Positions 57,063-64,000 of a stretch of 64,000 nucleotides of DNA are shown in pieces; the stretch's first letter is position 1, and each line of letters opens with the position of its first letter. The notes under the pieces were generated by a model that was not told the origin of the DNA, ran no database searches, and saw only the letters and a list, made by a program, of their open reading frames with translations. Both the position numbers and the translations under genes were made by a program. Source of the DNA: Verrucomicrobiota bacterium (GTDB lineage Bacteria > Verrucomicrobiota > Verrucomicrobiia > Limisphaerales > Palsa-1400); NCBI GenBank assembly GCA_050011995.1, contig JBEKIA010000002.1, forward strand, positions 486 to 64,485. The letters are read 5' to 3'.

Positions 57063-57273
57063 ATTGTCCCTTTCCGTTGTTGCGTTGGCCCCGGCAGCGT
57101 CCCTGGCAGGCAAATCCCACAATGCACAGAGCATTTGTCCCGGTTAAGTTTGGGGCTGGGGCCAATATTGCACGGTTGACGGTTGGATGCAAGTTGAATT
57201 TTGCCGTTGCCCTGAAATGCTGAAATAGATGGTGGTTGCCAAAACTCCATGCCTGTCATTCGACTTTAGCGGA

Positions 57274-57681
57274 TTATGATCGACTCTTAATCACATCTGA
57301 GTGATAATACTTCTTTCCACGCGGAATAAGATTTGTCTCAACTTCATCCGGCTGAAAGAAAGCGCGCACAAATTCCGCCAATCGCTCAGTGCGGAACGGG
57401 CCGCAAGAATAGATATCGATTGAAATGAAGTTCTTTGCTGAAAGCGTGTGAATCTGAATGCCGCTTTCAATTAATGGAACCCATCCGCTTAGACCGGCCT
57501 TCCCAGGGTATTTGTTTCGGTCGCTGCGGAAAATAAACGGCGGGGATTGCTTTTGCATCCGCAGCTCGTCCACAAGCCTCTCCAAGAAATCATAGCATAA
57601 CGCGATATCGTCACAAACGCCTTCCTTACACTCGTAAAGGTCCAATGTGAAAAGAAACCCAAATGGCTTATTCGCGTCCAT
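57274..57681 (-). CDS. Pyruvoyl-dependent decarboxylase of the S-adenosylmethionine decarboxylase (SpeD/SpeH, class 1) fold
   Basis: 135 aa. GLSGWVPLIESGIQIHT (Glu-Ser self-processing site + His), SIDIYSCG (Cys) and IPRG are collinear with small bacterial AdoMetDC proenzymes. It starts 2 nt after the PtuB-like stop. Confidence 0.75.
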   Translation of the reverse strand: MDANKPFGFLFTLDLYECKEGVCDDIALCYDFLERLVDELRMQKQSPPFIFRSDRNKYPGKAGLSGWVPLIESGIQIHTLSAKNFISIDIYSCGPFRTERLAEFVRAFFQPDEVETNLIPRGKKYYHSDVIKSRS

Positions 57682-57683
57682 GG

Positions 57684-58379
57684 TTAATTTCTTTGAGCGA
57701 CGTTTGCGTTGCGACTACATTTGTGCCTGAGAAGATTGTCCATTGCATACTCGACCAGCGAACCGTACGGACCGTGACACATGGCCATTAGATGCTTTAT
57801 TCTGGCATCTACACCAACGGCACTCACGTCCTTATTAATTTCAGTGATTGCATAGACTGCGCTATCCCATATTTCTCGGCGAGCTGTGAGAAGTGCATCC
57901 CGGTCCAAGTCTGTATCTCGCCACGTTGTCTCTCCACGGCGGGAAAGAGGTAACCGCCAGACGCCAAACTCGTCAATCTTATATGATAAGTGATCACTAA
58001 TTGGAATGTCAAGAACGGCATCGAGGATAGGATGCTCCTTACTAAACTTAATCCCCTTGTGGGAGTTGCACCTTGAGCAGGCTAAGTGCATGTTATCCCA
58101 CCGGAATGCATGCTTAGGGTATTTTTGCTTGGGGCGGCGATGCTCAATATGCTCGTAGCTTACGGTTGCAATCCGCGCTTCGCAATAGCAGCACAAACCT
58201 TTGTACATGGAATTTAATGCGTCGCGGACGTCATCGCACTGATACCTGTCATAGAATTTCTTGGGCACCTTTTTAGCACGTTTCCGACTTTTCCCTATTG
58301 CTGCCAGGAGTTCGGCAGTCCATTTGGCTGCATTTCTTTGCAAACTCACTGGCTTGCCAATGCGCTTGACGTTACGCAT
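57684..58379 (-). CDS. ptuB: HNH endonuclease, PtuB/TIGR02646-like (Septu component)
   Basis: GLCCYCEARIATVSYEHIEHRRPKQKYPKHAFRWDNMHLACSRCNSHKG is the HNH motif. It starts 2 nt after the ATPase stop. Confidence 0.8.
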   Translation of the reverse strand: MRNVKRIGKPVSLQRNAAKWTAELLAAIGKSRKRAKKVPKKFYDRYQCDDVRDALNSMYKGLCCYCEARIATVSYEHIEHRRPKQKYPKHAFRWDNMHLACSRCNSHKGIKFSKEHPILDAVLDIPISDHLSYKIDEFGVWRLPLSRRGETTWRDTDLDRDALLTARREIWDSAVYAITEINKDVSAVGVDARIKHLMAMCHGPYGSLVEYAMDNLLRHKCSRNANVAQRN

Positions 58380-58381
58380 CG

Positions 58382-59677
58382 TTATCCTTTCTTCCGGCCG
58401 GAAGGTAAGCTGCCAATATTTCTCAATTTGGATGAGGTCAGAGTCACATCCATACCCGGGATGCCGTTGAACTGATCTGTAATCTCTCGCATCTTGGCAC
58501 GACCACGAGGGGAGAGTTTTCCCAAAAGAGACTTGAGGTGGAGTTCCTTGAAATCATCAAGCAGGTTCTGTATCTTGATTGCCCGAGTGCTTGCAAGCCC
58601 CATGTTTCTGTAAACGTCTTCGGCAATCCATCCATAAACGCTTGGGCTTTCACTTCTTGCTTCCGGTTGTTGCGGAGCCAGATTAACAAGCTGGAGACCG
58701 GCGCAACCTGACTGTACAAGCGGAGAGTGTGTCGTCACTATGAACTGCAACTTGGGGAAGGTGCTGGTCAGAAGGTGCATGATCTGTATCTGCCAGACAG
58801 GATGGAGATGTTGCTCGATTTCATCGATAAGCACTATCCCTGAGGCTTCCAAGGAACGGTCTGGAACCCTGCGTCGCATTCCCCTGTTTATGATATGGAG
58901 AATGCGATTCGGCCCTACGGCTTGCATGTACCAGTTAATGAGGTCGAGAACCAACGTTGCCATCGCGCTATAGCCGTCTCCAGAAGACCGGATGTCAGTA
59001 TCGCCCCTGGGACGCTTAACCCTAATTCCGGAACCCCTGAGTTTTAACCTGTCTTTAATGTTGAGGATTCGTCTAACCAGTTGCAACAGATGCTCCCCGA
59101 CGCGCGTCTCTTCCTTCAAGCCAGACTTCGGTCCAGACCGGAGCCAAGCCTCATCCATAATCCGACGCAAGGTAAGCTCGGGGTTCTGAAGAGGTTCGTA
59201 GTAACGAAACAGCGTGTACACTGCGTCGACAGCGCGGTATTTATCGTAATCTGCAGTCCCCGATGCATGCCGGCCAGCGCCGTACCCGCACACAAAAATT
59301 TGTTTCCATGGAAATTTATCCTGCTTCCGCTTTTCCCAACGGCCATTCTTCTGCGACAGATCTTGTTCGATTTGTTCAAACGGCTTCTGCCTCTTGATCG
59401 TTGTGAAGGTTCGATACCTGCGAGTCTTACGGTCCTCAAGCTCGATATCGATTGTTGCCGCGCTCTCACCTGTCCGGACAAAGCTGCCGGGCAATTCGCG
59501 CAACAATCCCGCAGCGCTGGTTACGTCGCACAACCCCATCGCAATACTGCGGAGAATTGTCGTCTTTCCGGCCCCATTGTCACCCGCGATTACAACGGAT
59601 CCGCCATGCCGGTTGATCTTGATCTTCTGTTTGTCAAACCTGCGAACATCACGAAGCTCGATTTCAGAAATGTACAT
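58382..59677 (-). CDS. ptuA: ABC-type AAA_15/AAA_21 ATPase, PtuA-like (Septu component)
   Basis: MYISEIELRDVRRF..., Walker A GDNGAGKTT, signature-like SSGDGYS, Walker B VLIDEIEQHLHP, H-loop TTHSP. Confidence 0.8.
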   Translation of the reverse strand: MYISEIELRDVRRFDKQKIKINRHGGSVVIAGDNGAGKTTILRSIAMGLCDVTSAAGLLRELPGSFVRTGESAATIDIELEDRKTRRYRTFTTIKRQKPFEQIEQDLSQKNGRWEKRKQDKFPWKQIFVCGYGAGRHASGTADYDKYRAVDAVYTLFRYYEPLQNPELTLRRIMDEAWLRSGPKSGLKEETRVGEHLLQLVRRILNIKDRLKLRGSGIRVKRPRGDTDIRSSGDGYSAMATLVLDLINWYMQAVGPNRILHIINRGMRRRVPDRSLEASGIVLIDEIEQHLHPVWQIQIMHLLTSTFPKLQFIVTTHSPLVQSGCAGLQLVNLAPQQPEARSESPSVYGWIAEDVYRNMGLASTRAIKIQNLLDDFKELHLKSLLGKLSPRGRAKMREITDQFNGIPGMDVTLTSSKLRNIGSLPSGRKKG

Positions 59678-60086
59678 GGGATTACCCTCAAGGAGTGATT
59701 AATCTCGTTGACGGCAAAATGCACAAGAACGCGCTTTGCATGGGAGGCGTTTTAGACTGTGCATCGCATTGTCGCAAGATTTTTTTGCAATTTTGTGGAA
59801 TTTTTCGGAATTCTCCAACCGGGTCAGGGAAGCATGGGCAAACCGCCACTTCAAATATGACTTGAGGAAGAAAAATGGCGAAACCGCGTGGTTCCGCCCG
59901 TGACAAGTCATCGTTCCATCCGAAACAATGCACTCTGCGCCTGGTCCGCACGTTGCCGATCCCTTTCGGCGTGTTCGTGTTCCCTGGACAGGCGCTCCCC
60001 GTCGCTGGTGGTCTCCGTGAACAGATTGAACGCATCTGGTGTGAAGCCGAATTCCTTCTGGGGAATCGGCAGACGTTTGCTCCGTT

Positions 60087-60341
60087 TCAGACCCCCTCCG
60101 TTGCAAGAGCATCGACATAATCCCAAGGATATACGGGCCGGAGGTCGTTTGCCCCGCGAAAGGCGGCGCGAGTTCCGCTGGGCAATGCCAGCCAGGCGGC
60201 GTACGCCAATCTCTGGTCCTCATAATGCGTAACCTGGCCGTCCGGGAAGCAGATTCGTGCCTTCCGGGTGTCAAGCGGGGATGAGGATTTCATCGTGCCC
60301 TTTCCTCCGTCCCGACGGCCAACTTGCGCCGATTCAGTCAT
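60087..60341 (-). CDS. Hypothetical protein
   Basis: ATG 60341 overlaps the ArdC stop by 8 nt (alternative ATG 60293). ..MKSSSPLDTRKARICFPDGQVTHYEDQRLAYAAWLALPSGTRAAFRGANDLRPVYPWDYVDAL. No family recognised. Confidence 0.5.
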   Translation of the reverse strand: MTESAQVGRRDGGKGTMKSSSPLDTRKARICFPDGQVTHYEDQRLAYAAWLALPSGTRAAFRGANDLRPVYPWDYVDALATEGV

Positions 60342-61201
60342 GGGCCACCTCGCTTTCCTCGAATTTCCTGCCAAGAACGAAGTCCGCCGCTCGCTGTGCC
60401 TGTGCGGCTGCATGGACGATCAATTTCTTGTCGTCCTTCATCCGCTTTAGCCACTCGGTGACATACGCCGCGGGATTGTCAATAGTCCGCTCGGTGATCT
60501 CCGCCTGGCCGCACAGAAATGCGGCCCCGATCTCGGCAATCAGTTCCTCCTTGCAATACAGGTCGGAACCAAAGCCCGCCTGCTCGTTCAAGGTTGACCG
60601 GTTCAAACGGCTCTCGTGGCCGGTCGAATGGACCTTATGCCGACATCGGCATAAGGTCCATAATGCCGCATCCCGGATTATGCCGCGCCGGCATTGCGAC
60701 ATAATCCTCGCGGAGCGAATAGAATGCGCGCGTGAAGCCGTCCTTGATGGCCGGCCTCTGCGGCATGTTGGCAACGATGTCCTCCGGTTTGGAGGACATC
60801 ACTGGCTCTGCGCCATTCGGGGCCGCCGGATGGCCGTGCTTCAACCCTTCGCATTGGGCCAGATTGAAGACGTGATAATAGCGGAGGAGCGGGATTTCCC
60901 GCTTTTCGCTGTCATCCTTTTCTCCAACCGTGAGCCGTTTCCAGAAGACCACGGGACAGGCTTTTTCGCCCTTCCTGACCGTGCCGCCAAGCATGTTGGC
61001 CTGACGGAGCGTGAGCCAACAGGGGGACTCGTAGCCCATGCAGTGAAACAACAGTACGTTTATCCCCCTGTACGGCTTTTTCGTGACGAGATTCCGGGGC
61101 CAGCCGGTGGATGCTTTCCACGGCTTGTGCCAGGGAACGGTGCCTTGCTCAAGCAAGGCGATGATCTGCCCGGTGATGCGTTCGTATGCGTATGCGCTCA
61201 T
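60334..61201 (-). pseudogene. ardC: ArdC-like antirestriction protein (ssDNA-binding N-domain + metalloprotease-like C-domain), frameshifted
   Basis: The N-domain is in ORF 60635..61201 (GTVPWHKPW, KPYRGINVLLF). The C-domain is in ORF 60334..60774 (HSTGHESRLNR...GFGSDLYCKEELIAEIGAAFLC). The frames switch near 60690. The HExxH position reads RHKVH and coincides with a 30-bp perfect palindrome. Confidence 0.75.
60630..60659. repeat. 30-bp perfect palindrome inside the ardC-like gene
   Basis: ggaccttatgccga-ca-tcggcataaggtcc (14-bp arms). More nested inverted repeats (ggattatg...cataatcc, aatgccg...cggcatt) follow at 60661-60708. Confidence 0.9.
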
Positions 61202-61518
61202 GCCGGCCTCCTTTCCGTTTGGCGGTTGCCATTGCGGTTAAGGATTTCCACTTCGGCGTTGGGCGAGATGCGGAACGTGGCGGGTGATGGCTGGAATGCC
61301 ACTGGCTTCCAGAATCGGGTCTTGAACACCCTGGGCGGGCGGTTCATAATCACGACCGCCGCGCAGTCGTTCACCCGGATGACACGGCAAAGCCGGTTGT
61401 CAAAGCGGATGACGTCACCTGCACGAAGCCGGGTGGCCGGCGGCTGGAGTAGCCGCCAGATCAGGCTGACGAACCGGGCCTGGTTGGGGTCGATGAAAGG
61501 TTTTCGGGTTCGTTTCAT
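61198..61518 (-). CDS. Hypothetical protein
   Basis: 106 aa (MKRTRKPFIDPNQARFVSLIWRLL...). Its stop overlaps the ArdC ATG (ATGA), so it is in the operon. Confidence 0.6.
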   Translation of the reverse strand: MKRTRKPFIDPNQARFVSLIWRLLQPPATRLRAGDVIRFDNRLCRVIRVNDCAAVVIMNRPPRVFKTRFWKPVAFQPSPATFRISPNAEVEILNRNGNRQTERRPA

Positions 61519-61526
61519 AGCGACTC

Positions 61527-62027
61527 CTATTGGTTGAGGCAGCCCATTTCGCGCAGTGACGCGTGATTGGGGTTGCCGATGATGACGTGGTCCAAGACTT
61601 CGATCTTGAGCAACTGCCCGGCCCGGAAGAGGTCACGGGTGACTTTGATGTCGGCTTCCGACGGCGACGGCTCCCCTGATGGGTGATTGTGCATGAGGAC
61701 GACGGCCGCCGCACTGCCGACCACTGCGGTTCGGAACACCTCGCGCGGATGCACGAGCAGGGAGTCCATCGTTCCGATGGTGACGATCTGGTGCCCCTTG
61801 ACCTTGCGGCGGGTGTTGAGAAGGATGACCACCAGGCATTCGCACTCGGCGTTTAGCTGGGGCGACGTGGCGATGTGCATCCTCCAATACTCGACCGCCT
61901 TCTCCGGCGTGTCGCATATCTGCAACCGCTCCGGGGTGGGGCATTCGCGCAAGGCGACCACTCTCCATTCCTTGGGCTGGTATTTCCGTTTCTCCTTTTC
62001 AGGCTTGAACATTTGTATCTGTTCCAT
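61527..62027 (-). CDS. radC: RadC-family JAB/MPN domain protein
   Basis: ORF trimmed to ATG 62027 (MEQIQMFKPEKEK...). JAMM motif VVLMHNHPSGEPSPSEADIKVT. Confidence 0.88.
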   Translation of the reverse strand: MEQIQMFKPEKEKRKYQPKEWRVVALRECPTPERLQICDTPEKAVEYWRMHIATSPQLNAECECLVVILLNTRRKVKGHQIVTIGTMDSLLVHPREVFRTAVVGSAAAVVLMHNHPSGEPSPSEADIKVTRDLFRAGQLLKIEVLDHVIIGNPNHASLREMGCLNQ

Positions 62028-62155
62028 GTATTCTCTTTCCGCCGTCCACCTGCTACAAACAGGCTGCTTCTGGTTGGTGTATTCTCGCTGGAAGCGCGGA
62101 CGGCATTTTGTTTTGCCAGCGAGAGAGTTTTGGGGCGGATGCTCTGACAGCCGCA

Positions 62156-62806
62156 TCAGGTTTCCTTATCGATCCTGTCCCTGGCGGCTTGGTGATACCG
62201 CCAGAGCTTTTCCATGAGAATGAATTGCCGTCCGCACATTGCTGCGGCCACCGCCGTCGAGCCCGAGCCGCCAAAGGGATCAAGCACGACATCCCCCGGC
62301 TCTGAGCACGCGATGATGATCGGTGTCAGGACGGAAAGCGGCTTCTGGTTCGGATGTAGGGCATTGCCGCTGTATGTCCATTGGATCACGTCCCGGAGCG
62401 GCTCAACCGGCCTTCTCGGCTCTCCTTTGGCCAGGAGATATGCCAGTTCGTGATGGCCGCGCGTGAATCCCGTCTTGGAAGGGTAGTCCTTCACGAAGAC
62501 GAGGTGGCCGACTGGCACGAAGCCGATTCTCTTCCACTGCCAGAGGAACCGCTCGGCCTGGCTCCAGCCGTAGAAGCTGACGCAGAACCGGTCGGGCTTG
62601 AGGACACGGAAGATTTCGGTGAAGGCCGGTTCGAGCCAGCGGCGGTTGTCGTCATTGGCAATGCTGCGGCCGTCGCGGGGAACGTAATTGGCCAGGTACG
62701 GCGGATCGGTCAAAACCAGGTCAACGCTTTCGGCGGGCATGGAGGGCATAATCTCCAGGCAATCGCCGTGAATGACCTGATTGAGGAATGACTGCGGGGT
62801 GTTCAA
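62156..62806 (-). CDS. DNA methyltransferase (N6_N4_Mtase family, beta class), no cognate endonuclease
   Basis: Motif IV VDLVLTDPPYL precedes motif I VLDPFGGSGSTAVAA. TTG 62806 is preferred because AAGGAG lies 6 nt upstream. The ORF-track start is 62860. Confidence 0.88.
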   Translation of the reverse strand: MNTPQSFLNQVIHGDCLEIMPSMPAESVDLVLTDPPYLANYVPRDGRSIANDDNRRWLEPAFTEIFRVLKPDRFCVSFYGWSQAERFLWQWKRIGFVPVGHLVFVKDYPSKTGFTRGHHELAYLLAKGEPRRPVEPLRDVIQWTYSGNALHPNQKPLSVLTPIIIACSEPGDVVLDPFGGSGSTAVAAAMCGRQFILMEKLWRYHQAARDRIDKET

Positions 62807-62878
62807 GTGATACTCCTTTCGTTTTGGGGTTTCGGTGAAAAAAGGCAACCTCCCTCGCACGAGAGAGGTTGTTGTTAT

Positions 62879-63205
62879 TCAGAGGCGGTAATCCTCGAAT
62901 GTTGCGGCCAGTCCGTCTTCGTCGCCGCCCAGGAGCTCCTCAATCGCCGCTTTGGTCATGACTTTCTCCAAGTTCGGCTTGGCGTCTTTGGGGCAGGCCG
63001 GGCAGCGCTTGACGTTAATCACCGATCCCCCGAATTCCCAGCCGGCGGCGCGGAATGCACCCCGGTAGTGTTCGGAGAGCTTTTGATTGCGGGGAAGCGC
63101 AGACCAGGCTTCGGCTTCCTCGGGCGGCAGGGCGTCGTAAATGGCGTCGTGCCGGAGGTGATATACGTCCCAGGGCTCGCCGCAGGTGGAACAATGAACG
63201 TCCAT
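62879..63205 (-). CDS. Hypothetical Cys-pair (zinc-ribbon-like) protein
   Basis: MDVHCSTCGEPWDVYHLRHD...VKRCPACPKD contains two CxxC pairs. No family recognised. Confidence 0.6.
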   Translation of the reverse strand: MDVHCSTCGEPWDVYHLRHDAIYDALPPEEAEAWSALPRNQKLSEHYRGAFRAAGWEFGGSVINVKRCPACPKDAKPNLEKVMTKAAIEELLGGDEDGLAATFEDYRL

Positions 63206-63217
63206 AGTATTCTCCTT

Positions 63218-63517
63218 TCATGCGTGTCCAAACGCGGTGATGGTTTCCCTGATCTGCTCCTCCGTGAGCGTCCAGCCCGCGTAGGGCAAACCGGCCACCA
63301 CGGACTTGAAGTCATGGTGCCACTCAACCGCCGTCTCGTCGTCGCCGAAACAGTCGGCCAAGAGGGCGAGCGCCAGTTGCGCCGGGCCGCTGCCCGCGTA
63401 GCCCCACTCGAATCCGGTCGGACTGTGATTCCACAAGTCCAGGCGGGGATTGAGAGGAGCCCCATCAACGGTGACATCGGCGGCGGTGCCATTGCGCCTT
63501 CCTACGTACCGCTTCAT
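63218..63517 (-). CDS. DUF6166-like protein
   Basis: ORF trimmed to ATG 63517 (overlaps the primase stop, ATGA). NHSPTGFEWGYAGSGPAQLALALLADCFG matches the DUF6166 core as I remember it. Confidence 0.6.
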   Translation of the reverse strand: MKRYVGRRNGTAADVTVDGAPLNPRLDLWNHSPTGFEWGYAGSGPAQLALALLADCFGDDETAVEWHHDFKSVVAGLPYAGWTLTEEQIRETITAFGHA

Positions 63518-64000
63518 TGGACACCTCCGCACAATTGGGCCACTTCCTCGGCGCTCATCTGCTCCGGCTGCCGGCCTTCCTCGGCGAAGGCATGAACCTT
63601 CACGAAAAGGAATCTGGCCAAACGAAGCGCGATGTCTTCGCGTCCGGCCCGGCCTGCCTCGTCCTCGTCCAGCATGACGATGGCCTGGCTAGTCGCGTTG
63701 GTATGTTTCTTGATCAACCCCTCCTGCGCCGCTGACATGGTGCTGCCCATCAAGGCGACGACCTTGCGAAGCCCAAGCTGGTGCAACTTCATGCAGCCAA
63801 AGAAGCCTTCAACGATGACCAATGGCTTTTCAGGTGGTTCCTTGATCGCCCGGTCGATGTTGAAAAGCTCCAGGGATTTGCGGAAGCCCTGGGGGAGCTT
63901 GTATTTCGGAGTGCCCTCGGGCGGCTCGCCCGGAAAGCGGCCCGCGTAGGCCACGACCTCGCCCTCCGGGTTGTGGATCGGAATGGCGATCCGGTCGGCC
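63514..64000 (-). CDS. DnaG-type primase, toprim domain part (5' end outside window)
   Basis: The frame is open to the window edge (..ADRIAIPIHNPEGEVVAYAGRFPG...KYKLPQGFRKSLELFN). Toprim Glu in LVIVEGFFGCMKLHQ and DxD in IVMLDEDEAGR. Confidence 0.85.
   Translation of the reverse strand, partial: ADRIAIPIHNPEGEVVAYAGRFPGEPPEGTPKYKLPQGFRKSLELFNIDRAIKEPPEKPLVIVEGFFGCMKLHQLGLRKVVALMGSTMSAAQEGLIKKHTNATSQAIVMLDEDEAGRAGREDIALRLARFLFVKVHAFAEEGRQPEQMSAEEVAQLCGGVQ

Larger units (their letters stand above)
52013..64000. mobile_element. Integrative (mobilizable/conjugative-type) element, integrase-proximal part; the far end is outside the window
   Basis: Contains a tyrosine integrase, a TraD/VirD4-like ATPase, a defence cassette, ArdC, RadC, an orphan methylase and a toprim primase, with abrupt composition changes. 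No tRNA or second att copy is visible in the window. Confidence 0.7.

Noticed and set aside
57135-57273. Retron-like ncRNA or reverse transcriptase associated with the Septu-like genes (as in retron-Septu systems).
   Set aside because: No RT ORF is present anywhere in the element part visible here, and no obvious long inverted repeats flank the cassette. The 57135-57273 and 59678-60086 spacers look like ordinary promoter regions.
59699-60274. ORFs in the PtuA upstream region: 59699..60274(-), 59875..60120(+), 59908..60126(-).
   Set aside because: These are mutually overlapping alternatives with no recognisable family. 59875(+) has a GAGGAA box upstream, but none can be preferred, so I treat the region as promoter/intergenic until there is expression evidence.

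Overview
This is a high-GC chromosomal segment. Gene content (DUF1552/DUF1592 pair, DUF2911 proteins, many GC-rich palindromic intergenic repeats) suggests a Verrucomicrobiota/Planctomycetota-type genome, but that is inference only, with no database search. All family calls come from motifs I recognise by eye. The backbone genes are kdsB, a YtrA-type GntR + ABC operon, two DUF2911 proteins, a PIG-L deacetylase, an SSS symporter, an S9 peptidase, an MFS transporter, ppk1, an orphan Dam-type methylase, MscS, mpl, an RND/MFP/TolC efflux operon, an OmpR/HK two-component pair, sucD, an esterase, and the DUF1592/DUF1552 pair. No rRNA, tRNA or CRISPR array was seen. Several accessory regions interrupt the backbone. 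(1) 30.6-35.2 kb is a visibly AT-richer islet carrying DUF2971, a secreted Asp-box propeller, XRE and mazEF. (2) At 36.8-38.3 kb a vapBC cassette sits between 186-bp direct repeats of the histidine-kinase 3' end, and its VapC carries an in-frame TGA. (3) 44.5-47.1 kb holds a HipA-like kinase/DUF3037 module. (4) From 52.0 kb to beyond the window end lies an integrase-bounded element. The element in (4) carries a 2-TM protein plus a 1032-aa TraD/VirD4-like ATPase-nuclease fusion, a Septu-like PtuA/PtuB operon, and an ArdC/RadC/methylase/primase block. The Septu-like operon has a tightly coupled third gene encoding an AdoMetDC-fold pyruvoyl decarboxylase, and this is the most novel-looking item in the window. 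At least four families of dispersed palindromic (REP/MITE-like) repeats populate the intergenic regions. Many long ORFs in the track are Arg/Pro/Gly-rich shadow frames of real genes and were discarded.
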